From NCBI RefSeq assembly GCF_006345805.1, contig NC_043011.1, positions 55,998,464 to 56,062,463 of the forward strand: a stretch of 64,000 nucleotides of DNA, read 5' to 3'. Position 1 is the stretch's first letter, and the number at the start of each line of letters is the position of its first letter. The notes beneath the pieces were generated by a model, which had not been told where the DNA came from, did not search any database, and saw nothing but the letters and a program-made list of their open reading frames with translations. Shown piece after piece: positions 27,301 through 40,700 of this stretch. This stretch comes from Octopus sinensis. Taxonomy: Eukaryota. The translations under genes and the position numbers were made by a program.

Positions 27301-28052
27301 ACACAAAAATGCACGCACGCACACACGTACATAGACACGCACACACACATATACACGTACACACACACACAGACATACACACATACATACACGCACATGT
27401 ACAGACACGCACACACACACATATACACGTACACACACGCACACATACACGCACACGTACACACACACACATACACATACAAACACACACAAAAATGCAC
27501 GCACACATACACACACACAGACATGCACACACACACGCACACGTACAGACTGACACGCACACACACACACATATACACGTACACACACGCACACGTACAC
27601 ACACACACACAAAAATGCACACACACACAGACACAGCTACAAAAAGCAGAAAAGAAAATAACAGAAGCAAAGATGAATAATGGACCGAGTTGTGGTGGCA
27701 TTGATGGCCTTTTTGTTAGAAAGATGTCGGCATGTAAGTTTACTTGTAAGGATAATCATGAAGTGATGGAGTCATTACCGAGGCAGGATGCAATGTGCTT
27801 GAGCAAGGAACTTCATTTTACGTGACTCTAATCCACTTAGCGGTAATGAGTCCCAGGCTAGTATCGGAGGGGGGGGAGCTCCCTGTTGCCTGTGTCTCTG
27901 CTTGCCCCCTCTCTCTTTCTTTCTGTCTGTCTGTCTCTCTCTCCTCTCTCCCTTCCCCTCTCTCTCTCCTCTCTCTCTCTCTATCCAGCTGTCGTAAACC
28001 TGGATGTTCTGCCGATGTAAGGGCGAAGCGACCGAGAAGCTATCTTGAACAC

Positions 28053-28129
<77 letters not shown>

Positions 28130-31100
28130 CGGACGGACGCACGCACGCGCGCTGTTCTGACGTGTTTGCCTTTCCGAAAGGTCCTTGAGTTATTTGGTAG
28201 AATAACATTTCTACAACTTGGAATTGAAACCATATCTAGGATCTTTTCGCTTTGACCGGCAGATTTTTAAAATAATTTCTTTGTAACTAACCACTTTTAA
28301 ACTTCGTATACTGGTAGAATGTGTTTATAAAACATCTTTTTCTCTCGGCTTTCTTGAGAAAATTCTGTAGTTTGTAAGCTATTTGTTGCTTATTGGTTGA
28401 AATTGCCGAAATGCAAGAAAATAAACAACAAATAGCTTACAAACTACAGAATTTTCTCAAGAAAGCCAAGAGAAAAAGATGTTTTATAAACACATTCTAC
28501 CAGTATACGAAGTTTAAAAGTGTTTAGTTAACTAGAAATTATTTAAAAAATCTGCCGGTCAAGGCAAAAAGATCCCTGTTTGCTAACATAGGTGCAGACA
28601 GGTGTTCCAATTCCAGGTGTAAATATAATCCATCATATCGATGCATGAACTCCACTGTTACTTCATTTTATCGATCCCGAGAGGAATGATCAATCTTTGA
28701 TGTGTTTTTTTTTTCTTCACATCTACAGATTAGAATTTAAACATTGGCGGCATATTTTCATGGCGCATGTTTACTGTCACACAGGAATCCGACATTTTTT
28801 TAAAATCCGTTCCTTGCCGTACAATGCACTCTCAACATAACCTTTGGTTTTTTTGGGTGTTTGTGTGTGTGTATGCGTGTGTGTGTGTGGGAGAGAGAGA
28901 GAAGGAGAAAGAGAAAGAAAGAGAGAGAGAGAGAAGGGGATAGAGGAGATAGAGAGAAAGAGAGACAGAAGGAGGGAGAGACGTGTGGGGGAATACGTGA
29001 TAGATAGATAGAGAGAGAGAGAGAAAGAGAGAGATAAATAGATAGATAGATAGATAGATAGCCATAGAATGTATGAGAGAGACTCTTCTAACTGAGTGAT
29101 ATAATATTTATGGACCACAGAAAAATAAAGTTGACATCGGCGACACTCGAACACAGAACGTAAAAAGCCGAAACAATGACCACAAAATATTTTATTACAC
29201 ATTTTATTGATGGGTTTTGCTAATCAACCACCCCGTGAACCCCAAAAAGTTCTGTTTATCTGAATAATATTTGAAAAAAAAAAAAAATAATAATATTAAC
29301 AGTTTGTCGTCTGATTTCTTGTAAAGTAAAAGTATGTTGGCCTCTTTAAAAGACTATTTTATATTAGAATCGAACCGCGAAGTACAATAAAGATTATTTA
29401 GTTAGAAATTAAATACGACTGGCTTTACACAGTTCCTGTTTATTAAATTCCACTTCAAAGGTATTGAGGAACCAGAAGCTAAAATATAAGGAATTTTACC
29501 CAAAATGTGCCCTTTAACGATAATGTTGTCGAAGAGAGAAGGAAATAAATGTTATATGTAACCATACAGAACGTAACATTTCCAATCCTCTCAGGCTTCG
29601 ATACATATTGATTGTTAAAGCTTTTATTTCAATGACAAACATTTATTTTTATAAATATTTAATATATTTGGCGAATATTTTTCTGTGTTTTCTGGACGAG
29701 ACTTGAAGAGTTGCCTCCCATGTATCGTTGGTGCCAAAAATTAAATGAAACTTCAGATTACTTTCTAGAAATGTGATTTGAAAAAAGGTTTATTAATATT
29801 TGTAGCTGTTTAAAGCAGTGAGCAGGCAGAATCGGTAGCATGCCGGGCAAAATTCTGAGTGACATTTTGTCCTTCTCTACGTTCTGAGTTCAAATGCCGC
29901 CGGGGTCACCTTCACCTTTCATCCTTTTGGAGTCGATAAAATAAATACTAGTTGAGCTCTAAGATCGATGTAATTTACTGCTACCCTCGCTTCCCCCCCC
30001 CCCCCCGATATTGCTGGCTTTGTGCCAAAATTTGAAACCAATATTTATTGCTGTTTGAAGGGCCTTTTAGATGAGCCATGGATGTGAAAACCCGGAAGAT
30101 ACTGATCAGTACAAGTAATTTTCCCATCAGTAACGACGTAGAACCGTCGAAACGAAAACAAAAGGGCAGAGGCTTAACATCGACCCAAAGTGCCTTTGCA
30201 TATGTTAGCAGACAGTTCCAGGATGACAGTAATATTGGTCATCATCAAAGCAGTCTTTCATGGACCAAGAACTGGTTTACGAACTTTCACTTTGAAGGCT
30301 ATGCATTTGCACTCCAAGAATAAGAAATACCAATCAAATACCTGATGAACAAAAGGGGCAGAGACGCAGAAAAAACAGGAAAATGGGATAGCCATTGCAG
30401 ACTTTATGGTGTGAACATTGAAGATATCGCCCACATCATAAGCAGTTGTCCAAAATTTTCATTGCAGTATTATGTACCAAGTGAGAGATGCAGTGGTAGC
30501 TAGAACACTGTGAAAGGAGATTTGTCAGAAGGATAATCTTGAGGTCAAAGATATAAGAACTCACAGTATGGTAGAGGCCATAGTCACTTATAATAAGAAG
30601 GAGTACTGGTGGAATGTCCGAATGGTGTCTCAGTAATTGACCAAACGTAGTGGTTTGGGATGGAGAAGAAAAACTGTGTAGAATCGTGGAAATCAGTCAC
30701 CCATAAAGATAAAGATCAGTGGGAAAAGAAAAACCTGAACTATTGAGAAATTTACAGTTTACTCTACTTGGATAACAAGTTCAGGTTGATACCTGTAATT
30801 ATTGGGATACTGGGATATGTAACAAACTGTTTGTGCTTCTGTTTCTGCTGCTTGGAGGGACACTTCAGTCAAGAATTTATTTCATTAACCATTCCATACA
30901 CCCGACGACCTTCACTTCTTTATCAAAATTCATGCTATGGCTGAAGCTATTTGAATTATTTCCCTTGGATTATTTGTTTTTAAGACAAGTCTTGGTGTAT
31001 CAGTACAAGTGTATCTAGGAATATTTAGTGTGGTTGTTAGTCATATAGTCTTTGTTGACTGTTCACAAAGTGGGGTAGGGTATGTGTGTCGGCCAGGGAT

Positions 31101-32256
31101 TTTCAACCACTTTTTATCTGTGGACCCCTTTGATTACTGTTTCATTTGGTGGACCCTACCTAACCATTCTATATTTAAAAACTAGTTTTATAGAAACTTC
31201 TTTCAAAATTCCTGTTTTGTTTCCCGCACTTTAACTTGTGTTATTTGAACAATGTAAAATGTTGGAGAAAGAAACCAGCTGTTTCTTTCAATACATACCA
31301 ATACAAACAACTAAAGCAAAATTTTTTTTCAGGGGCCCTTAAAATATTATTGTGGATCCCCAATTTGCTATTTTGTTGCATGGATCCCCAAAAATCTTAT
31401 ATGGACCTCAGTTGAGAACCACTGGAGTAGACAGTGACTACAACTAAATTTTGTGCTTTCAATTATTTTATTAACTCTCACCATTTTATAATTCCAATAA
31501 ATTAATGGAACTATATTCATGAACGTAACAATTAGGAATCTTCTGTAACACAACTTGCTAATTAATATTATGATAGTAGTGCAGGAATTTAAATCATTGC
31601 ATATAATTGTGTGTTTCTATAAGTCTTGGTGGTACTTTTGTTGAGTCTAACATAAGCATCTTCTTGAAGAAAAGTGAAAGTGTTTGGAGAGAACAATTCA
31701 CTGAAATAAATCATGGATTTTCCTAAATGGTTATGTGGCCCATTATGTGGCCCACTGTCCAGAGGTTGAATTTGCCAGTTTTTATAGCTGTAAGTCATCC
31801 TTCTAGAATCTTCAGCAAGACTGTTTGATGAGAAATTTACCCACTGCCCTTTCGCAGTGTCAGCCACAATTAATCATCCAGAGCTGGCTGGTTGAGCCAT
31901 ACTAATGTAGGGTGTTAACACTTTTTATGGCAAGACTTTTCCTTTTAGGGAAACACATTAGGTCACGGTTCTGGATTGGGTAAATCTGGGAGCTTTGGTT
32001 CAAAATTTAGTTCGAACTATACTAATTATTAGGAGAGAGAGTGAGAGATTTTGCCAATATTTTTCTTTGTTATCAAGGAGACTAGTTGTTTCTGTTCAAC
32101 TCTAGGTCAACTCCTGATTGAGTAAGCCTATAATCAAAGGCACTCCAGCCAGGAGCACCCTGCCTTTTCCTCACACACAGTTGACTCAATGAATTCCATC
32201 TGGCCTGTGCAAGTGTGGAAAAGTAGGCATTACAACAATAATGCCGCTGCTGCTGG

Positions 32257-32332
<76 letters not shown>

Positions 32333-32375
32333 GGTGGTGGCGGCGGTGGTGGTGGTGTGGTGGTGGTGGTGGTGG

Positions 32376-32433
<58 letters not shown>

Positions 32434-32480
32434 GGTTGTGGTGGTGGTGGTGGCGGCGGTGGTGGTGGTGGTGGTGGTGG

Positions 32481-32532
<52 letters not shown>

Positions 32533-34909
32533 GGTTGTGGTGGTGGTGGTGGCGGCGGTGGTGGTGGTGGTGCTGGTGGTGATGATGATGACGACTATTT
32601 CTTATACATTAAATTGTCTTTATATATTTTGTAGAAAGATGAAAATGACGAGGATCTCTTCTGGCAAAGTAAAGTAGACAAAATGGCTTTTGATGACAGC
32701 ACATTTAATACAATGGAACAAGAATTTCAAGCAGTAAGCAATAATTTTTGATTTATCAGATTTATTATTCTAAAAGACAAGTTGCTTCTGTTTAAAACAA
32801 ACCAGTGGTGGTGGTCGTGGTGGGGGCTACAGCCAGCCTCATATGTGGAAGTCTGTGGCCTACCCCCTGTCCAAAGACACTCCAATCAACTGGACCTAGA
32901 CACAGAGTTATTAGAGTTGCAGCACTTTTTAAAGTTGGTGAATGATTTGGTAATTTCCAATGCGGAATGAAAATATTTCCAGAAGTGTACAGATGCCAAT
33001 ATGGCTGTGTGGGTAAGAAGTTTGCCTCCCAACCATGTGGTCTTGGGTTCAGTCCCACTGCATGGCATCTTGGGCAAGTGTCTTCTATTATAACCTTGTC
33101 TGGATTTGGTAGATGGAAACTGAAAGAAGCCTGTCATTTTATATATATATACGTATACGAGGGGGTACCCAATAGTAACTGGAAACGTTCTTTGTGAAAC
33201 AAACCCATTGTAGTTCAGGCTTCTGTCCCTAGAAGCCACTTGGTGTGACCCTCAGCCATCAGTCTGCCAACTGGCGTTGTCGATTGAGGGTTGTACTGCC
33301 ACGTGGTACGTCTTTGTTTTGCAGTGCTTCTCACCTGTTCATCGATTTTTGCAATGGCTGAAATGAAGGAAGCATGCTTCCATGAATTTTTTTTTCTGCT
33401 CAGGAAAACAGCAGACAAAACAGTTATCATGCTTCAAAACAACTTACAAGGATGTTGCCATGAGCAAAACACAAGTTTCCAAGTGGTTTTTATGCTGTGA
33501 GAATGGTCATTTGTTGCTAGAAGACCAATCTCGTTCAGGGCAACCGTTAACCTCCCAAACAAATGAAAGCATCACGAAAATTCATGAACTGATCTTGGAG
33601 GACCATTACTGAACAATTGATGAACTTGATCTGATTGGCGTGTCCTGGAGATCCTTCCAACAAAGTGTGAGCGAGGAATTGCAAATGAGAAGAGTTGCGG
33701 AAAAATGTGTGCCTTAATTGCTCATGGAAGCTCAAAAGCAGTCACAACTGAATGCTTGTCATGAACTGAAAGAACAGTTGGAAGTTGATCCACCAGATCT
33801 GTTTTCGAAGGTCATCACTGGTGACAAAAGCTGGTGCTACAGAATTTGCAGATGTGAAAGAGAAGAAAAAAAAAATGACAGAGGCGTTAAAAGGCATCAC
33901 TTCGCAAGAGTTCCAGGACTGCTTCAAACAGTGGCAAATGCATCTGGACCAATGTTTTGCTTCAAATGCAGAATATTTTGAAGGCAATAAAAGTGTAAAC
34001 ATGTGAAGCTAAGTGAATAAAATAGCATTGCAAAATTCCAGTTTCTTTTTTTGGTAATCCCTTGTGTATATATATATATAAATATCGTGTACATTAAGAG
34101 GCTTCCAAATAGGAAAGCCTTGTGCTAGAAAGAGCAGTAGAAAACTCAAACCACTAATTATGGATAAATTCTTGAAAGGATTGAAAATTAAAAACGTTTA
34201 CCATCTAATTTAGTTCCTAGACCATGGTTTCTAACTCATTCCAGTAAAAAAATATTTACTGAGGCTAGTTTTCATCAGTAGGGAGCCTTTAGATTTCGAA
34301 TATACACACAACTAGATTCGCATGTAAACTAGTTGCTTGTATATCCTAATTTTTCAAAACCACTGCGCAGATGCAGTTTATTTCCGGCGACAGAGAGGAT
34401 ACCGGTAAAATTTTGAACAAATTCATCAAAAAATATTTAAACATAATAAATAATATTAGGGTAATAAGAATTACAGAAATTATTATTACCAGTGGCCTAG
34501 CACAAAATTATATATATATATAATTTAAGGTATATTCCATTAGGAATTGTAGCAGAGTACAAAATAAAGCTCGTTCACCCTTAGAATTACCAAAAAGCTG
34601 GTAGTATTATGATATACTTCCAAGCCTAGATTTGGGCATTTGTCGTGTGTGAAAATAAAATTGAATAAAATAGAGCCAACAAGAAGGAGTACGGTTGGAC
34701 AGTTATTTTTTAGTCACTACACATGTTTCCATGAAATTCATACCAGTCATAGCAGGCATGTAGAAGCACATTAACAGCAAGCGGAATGAACCTGCCAGTG
34801 TCTGCTAAATTCAAACAAGGCAGGTGAATGTGATAGCTTTGAAGTTGAAGGTTTTTTAACTAATGGGGACAGCAACTGAAAATCGCCTGAAGAAATACAA
34901 CTGGCTCCC

Positions 34910-34961
<52 letters not shown>

Positions 34962-35539
34962 TGTGTCTGTGTTTGTCCCACACCATTGCTTGACAACCGA
35001 TGTTGGTGTGTTTATGTTCCTGTAATGTAGTAGTTCAGCAAGAGACCAATAGAGTAAATTCCTGGCTTAGAAGGAAAAAAAAAGTGTCCTAGGATCAATT
35101 CATTTGACTAAAAATTCTTCCAGGTAGTGCTCCAGCATGGCCACAGTCTAATGACTGAAGCAAGTAAAAGATAACAGATTAAAAAAAGTGCAACACACAA
35201 CTCTGAACACATTTCAGCCTTATTAGACTTCGTCAAGGGAACAATGATTTCTTTGTATTTGTTGAAGTGGTGGTGAGAGAATCATTAAGCAAATGCCCAG
35301 TATTGTTTAATGAAGTCCACTTGGCATTGGCAGCAAGGTGGTCTCTTGACTCTGGGTTCTGCTACACTTGTACAGCAGACAAGATGCAAACCATTCCGTA
35401 ACTAAAGTATAATCAAGAAGGAAATAATTTCATATTTCTAAGTCAATAACTATGAGTTTTTGCATTACAAGAAGTGAGGCAACTGGTTGTGCTGTTTATT
35501 GCTTGAGAATAATAATAATGATAATAATAATAATAATAA

Positions 35540-35571
<32 letters not shown>

Positions 35572-35979
35572 GTACCAGTTATGCACTGGGGTCGATATAA
35601 TCGACTTAATCTCTTTGTCTGTCCTTAATCCGTTTGACCCAGTTTAACACTGACATCTGGTCCCTGGGCACCTTTAGCAACGTCCCCTCTGTTACATGTA
35701 TTTGAACCAGGCTTTCAGTCTAAAGATAACATTATTCCCCTCTTTAGGAGGCCTGGCAAAGGGCCAAGGGTGCAGATTTCTTTATTTCATTTAACAGCTT
35801 GTGGACAAAAAAGGTCATGCTGCCGCAAAACAGATATATGTCTGGGGTAACATAATCCTTTCTATTATAGGCACAAGGCCTGAAATTTTTTTTTTGGGGG
35901 GGGGGTTAAGTCGATTACATCAGCCCCAGGACTCAACTGGTACTTAATTGTAATAATGATAATTGTAATAATAATAATT

Positions 35980-36064
<85 letters not shown>

Positions 36065-37699
36065 TGTAATAATAATAATAATAATAATGTGATGTTTTAA
36101 GAAATTTTCTATGCAATATTTGGCAGGTCCTTCAGGAGTTGGCATCCAACAAAACTCTTGATAAATTCAGAGGCGAATATGATAAATTACATCAAGCCTT
36201 GAAGAAATCTCATGAAAACGAGAAAAGGTTAATGTTGAAATGTCGGGAGTTAAATGCTGAGATGATAGCTCAAGGGGCCAAAGTATCCCATCTGATGATT
36301 TTGTCCGAAGAAGACCAAACAAACATTGCTTCCCTTAAGAAGGTAACCCATTTTGCATTTCAAATTTTATTTGTTAATTTAACTTACCCCTCTCTCCATG
36401 CCACATTTGGGGCAGCCAAATTTTTTTTGGGGGGGGAAAGAATTTGGAAGACAAAATTCTATCAAAGCCTGTAGGATATATATATTCCATTCTTTTATGT
36501 TTCAGCCATGTGGCTGCTGTCATACTGGAGCACCACCATGGATGTGTATGCCTATATATGAATATACAAACACATATTTATACATGGTGGCTGCCCCCTC
36601 GCTATCAAGTATGGCCATTGCACGAAGCTTAATCAATGTTGTTATCATGCAATGCCTGTGCAAGAAGATTTTTTTTTTGAAGTGAGGAAAGGCTGTGCAC
36701 TGAGTCAATCCCACTCACTAAGCAACAGCAGCCATAATCCGTAAAGAAGAACAAGTCAACATCATCGGTAACCACCGAGCCGCAAGTTTTATGTCGGAGT
36801 TATCCCAGTTACCTGAGTTACCTTCTCCTAGAAGGATGCCCTAACAAAGGCTAGGAGTCCTTCACTCCCAATGGGTTAACCGCGCGATCGGGTATTCAGT
36901 CCAATTATTTCTATGTCCCCGCGCATGATACAGCCTTAAGCCTTAAGAAAAAATTACACATTTATTGGATGGCTGTTGACTCTCAAGAGTTCCTCTGCCT
37001 GCCCTTTGGCGGGTTTTGTTTTTCATCCCGCAGGGTGTCCAATAAACACCCTCCTTACCAAGCAAGCTTGGTGGGGTTGCCGGTTTAGTCGCCGACGACC
37101 CGACCATGTAACAGGTTGTACTGGGTTACATGTTACCAGTAGCACTCGAAAGTGACCTAACACATACATACATACATACATACATACATACATACATACA
37201 TACATTCATACATATATAAACTGTATATTATATATATATATTATACACACACACTCACACACACACACACACACACACATATGTATGTATATATAAACAT
37301 ATATATGACTGAATAAGACCACTTCCTAAACTCAGTAAACGTTCTGAGAGTCCAAGAATTTCTTGTGCACGAATTTATTTTGGGTGGATAAAGTATTGCA
37401 CAACACTGAACCCTCTTTTCAGAGCTGATCAGCCCTAAAAACCCTGAGGTACAACAGAGCTTGAGACAACCAGAAACTACCTGCAAATCAGGCTTTTTGT
37501 GGTATGAGTTTATCTTCTCCTAGAAGGAATTTCTAACGAGAATTAGGGGTCGTTCACTGGTAATGATTCACAAACTAGTTAACCCAAAGCTAGGGCCCCC
37601 TAACAGGTGTTACTACTCTGGGTCCGAGAAGACCTGAGAACAACAGTGATGAAGAGATGGTTCTATGCTCCTCAAAACCCTGGAACTCCCATAGCAGGG

Positions 37700-37743
<44 letters not shown>

Positions 37744-40700
37744 ACACAACTCATTGTAAAATGTAGGGCCCCCTAACAGGTGTTACTACTCTGGGTCCGA
37801 GAAGACTTGGGAACAACAGTGATGAAGAGATGGTTCTATGCTCCTCAAACCCTGGAACTCCCATACCAGGGCTGCACACACGCATACACACACACGCACA
37901 ATCACACACAGACACACACACACACACAGCTCATTGTAAGATGTGTGTGTACATTCAATGGTTATGTTGTAGGAAGTGGAAAAGGCATGGAAACTCGTCG
38001 ATCAAAACCAAGAGAAGGAACTCACCTACAAAGAAACCATTGATGGCCTGAAGAACGAGATTGAGAATATATCTTCGACATTAGATCGAGGATCTGCATT
38101 GGACGTTAACGAAGAACAAAAGTAAGTCAAAGCAGCATTTTATAATTGTTAACATGTCGTATCATAACTCCAGGTGAGGGTTTACAAACTTTATGAAGAT
38201 TTCTTTTCTGTTAAATGAAATAAAGAAAGCTGCACCCTTGGCCCTTTCTTTTTTTCACATTTTAGATTAAGGAAACGATGAAATAAAGGATGAAAGGCAA
38301 AGTCGACCTCGGCGGAATTTGAACTCAGAATGTAGCGATGGGCGAAATACCTATTTCTTTATTACCCACAAGGGGCTAAACACAGAGAGGACAAACAAGG
38401 GCAGACAAACGGATTAAGTCGATTACATCGACCCCAGTGCATAACTGGTACTTATTTAATCGACCCCGAAAGGATGAAAGGTAAAGTCGACCTCGGCGGA
38501 ATTTGAACTCACAACGTAATGACAGATGAAATACCGCTACGCATTTCGCCCGGCGTGCTAATGTTTCTGCCAGTTCGCCGCCTATACCTCTAAGCATTTC
38601 GTCCAGCACACTAACGATTCTGCCAGCTCACCACCCTATTTTCTTTTTTCTAACACCGAGGGCACTATAACGATCACAATGCACAATATCATAGATGCCA
38701 CAAAACATTATGAGCATGCTTTCTCTCTGCACATTTTAGATTAAGGAAACAATGAAATAAAGGACTGGAGAAATAAAGAATAGGGGAAATAATGTTATCT
38801 TTAGACTGAAAGCCTGGTTCAAATACATGTAACAGAGGGGACGTTGCTAAAGGTGCCCAAGGACCAGATGTCAGCCCTAACTAAGCAAAAGACATTCCCG
38901 TCATGACCAACACACCTTTTTTATTTATCTAGGAATACATTATCCAAAGTGTTCATTAAGTCAGTATAGTGTCATTTGAGGGAGTTTTGGCTACTGTTTA
39001 TTGCAGGTTGAATGACCATGTGGAGGCTTTTCAATTTCGTGGTCTGTCAGTTATGTTATACACAGGTATGGCTTTGGGATTAAGAAATTTACTCTGAAAC
39101 TGCATGGTTCCAGGTTTGATCCCACTGTACAGCACACCATAAGGTTGGGTTGATCAGTATTATCAAGTTGGGAGTGAAATTTGGTTGATGGAAACTGTGA
39201 AGAAGCCTACATGTATGTATGCTTGTATCAAAGCATATTTAGTGCTATCAGAAGGTCCCTGGACTATTTATGTTTAATAAAAAACAACTTATTTACCAAA
39301 GTTTTAACATCATCTCCATCGAAATAGTCACCTTGCACAGCAATACATCTGCCCTGGTGTTCTTACCACTTTTGTAATCAAACCTGGAAGTTGTTTTCCA
39401 TAAGTGAATCGAAGACCTTCAGTGATTTGCTCTTGATCTCAACAATGGTGTTAAAACGGTGACCTTTGAGCAGCATTTTCATCTTGGGGAAAAGATGGAA
39501 GTCTGCAGGTGTTAAATCTAGTAAATAGGACAGGTGTGGAAGCAAAACCATGTTGCTTTTGGCAAGAAAGTCATGCGTGAGATCTTGGTGACAGGGTGCA
39601 TTGTTGTCAGGAAGAATCCAGTTCTTCATGCTCCACAGATTCGGTTGCTTTCGGTGAATGTCCTTCCTCAGACACTTCAAGACATCACAGTAGAACTCTC
39701 AATTGATGGTCTGGCCCTGGTGGAGGAGGAGGAGGATGATGGCATTGTATTACTCTTCAGCAGTATATGTTTTGGCATGAAGTTACTTGAGTTATGTAAC
39801 TTTGAACTGACATCAATTTTTCTGGCGCCTCTTTTTTTCCTTTATATCTTGTATCATCATCATCATCGTTTAACGTCCGTTCTCCATGCTAGCATGGGTT
39901 GGACGTTCAACCGGGGATCTGGGAAGCCAGAAGGCTGCACCAGGCTCCAGTCTTATCTGGCAATGTTTCTACAGCTGGATGCCCTTCCTAACGCCAACCA
40001 CTCCATGAGTGTAGTGGGTGCTTTTTACGTGCCACCTACACAGGTGCCAGGCGAGGCTGGCAACGGCCACGGTCGGATTGGTGTATTTTACGTGCCACCG
40101 GCATGGAGGCCAGTCGAGGCGGCGCTGGCATCGGCCACGAGTCGGATAGTGCTTTTTACGTACCACCAGACCAGGGATCCTGGCTGGTTCAATTTTGATT
40201 CCGATTTCACTTGCCCCAACATGTCTTCGCAAGCAAAGGGGGTTGGCATGGGTGCCTGTCGTCGGATGAGGTTCTATATCGACTTCGCTTGCCTCAACAG
40301 GTCTTTGTGTCCAAGGGAGGAAAGGCATGCATAAGTGGGCTGGGCTCACTTGACCTGCCTGTATGTCCATGTTATAAGAGTGTTGTGTGTCTGAAGGTTG
40401 TTTTAGTAAAAAGGATTGTTGTTCTGTGTAGTTTGTTCTGATGTCTGAGACCAAGGACAATGCTTGGTGCCAATACTAATCAAGTTCAGTTATGCCAAAA
40501 TTCCTGGTTAGACCTAGAAAACATTGACTTTGAGAATATTTTGTAATATTTTAACTGAAAATTCAACACTGGAGCATTTACCTACATTTCTTACAATCAG
40601 GTGTAAGAAATGGTTTAATTGTAAAGGAATTAGAAGAAATTATTCCCTGATTGTTGTTTAGTGGCAACTGAATGGAAAAATTCATTGAAAATATTTTTCT

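Noticed and set aside
30061-30115. Extra CFAP58 exon candidate
   Set aside because: Phase-0 readings hit stops, and the region is the start of the R4-like relic.
35200-35250. Hammerhead-like TTGACGA-AGTCT-AATA-AGGCT-GAAA (minus)
   Set aside because: C3 is altered and stems I and III do not pair; counted only as a decayed relic.
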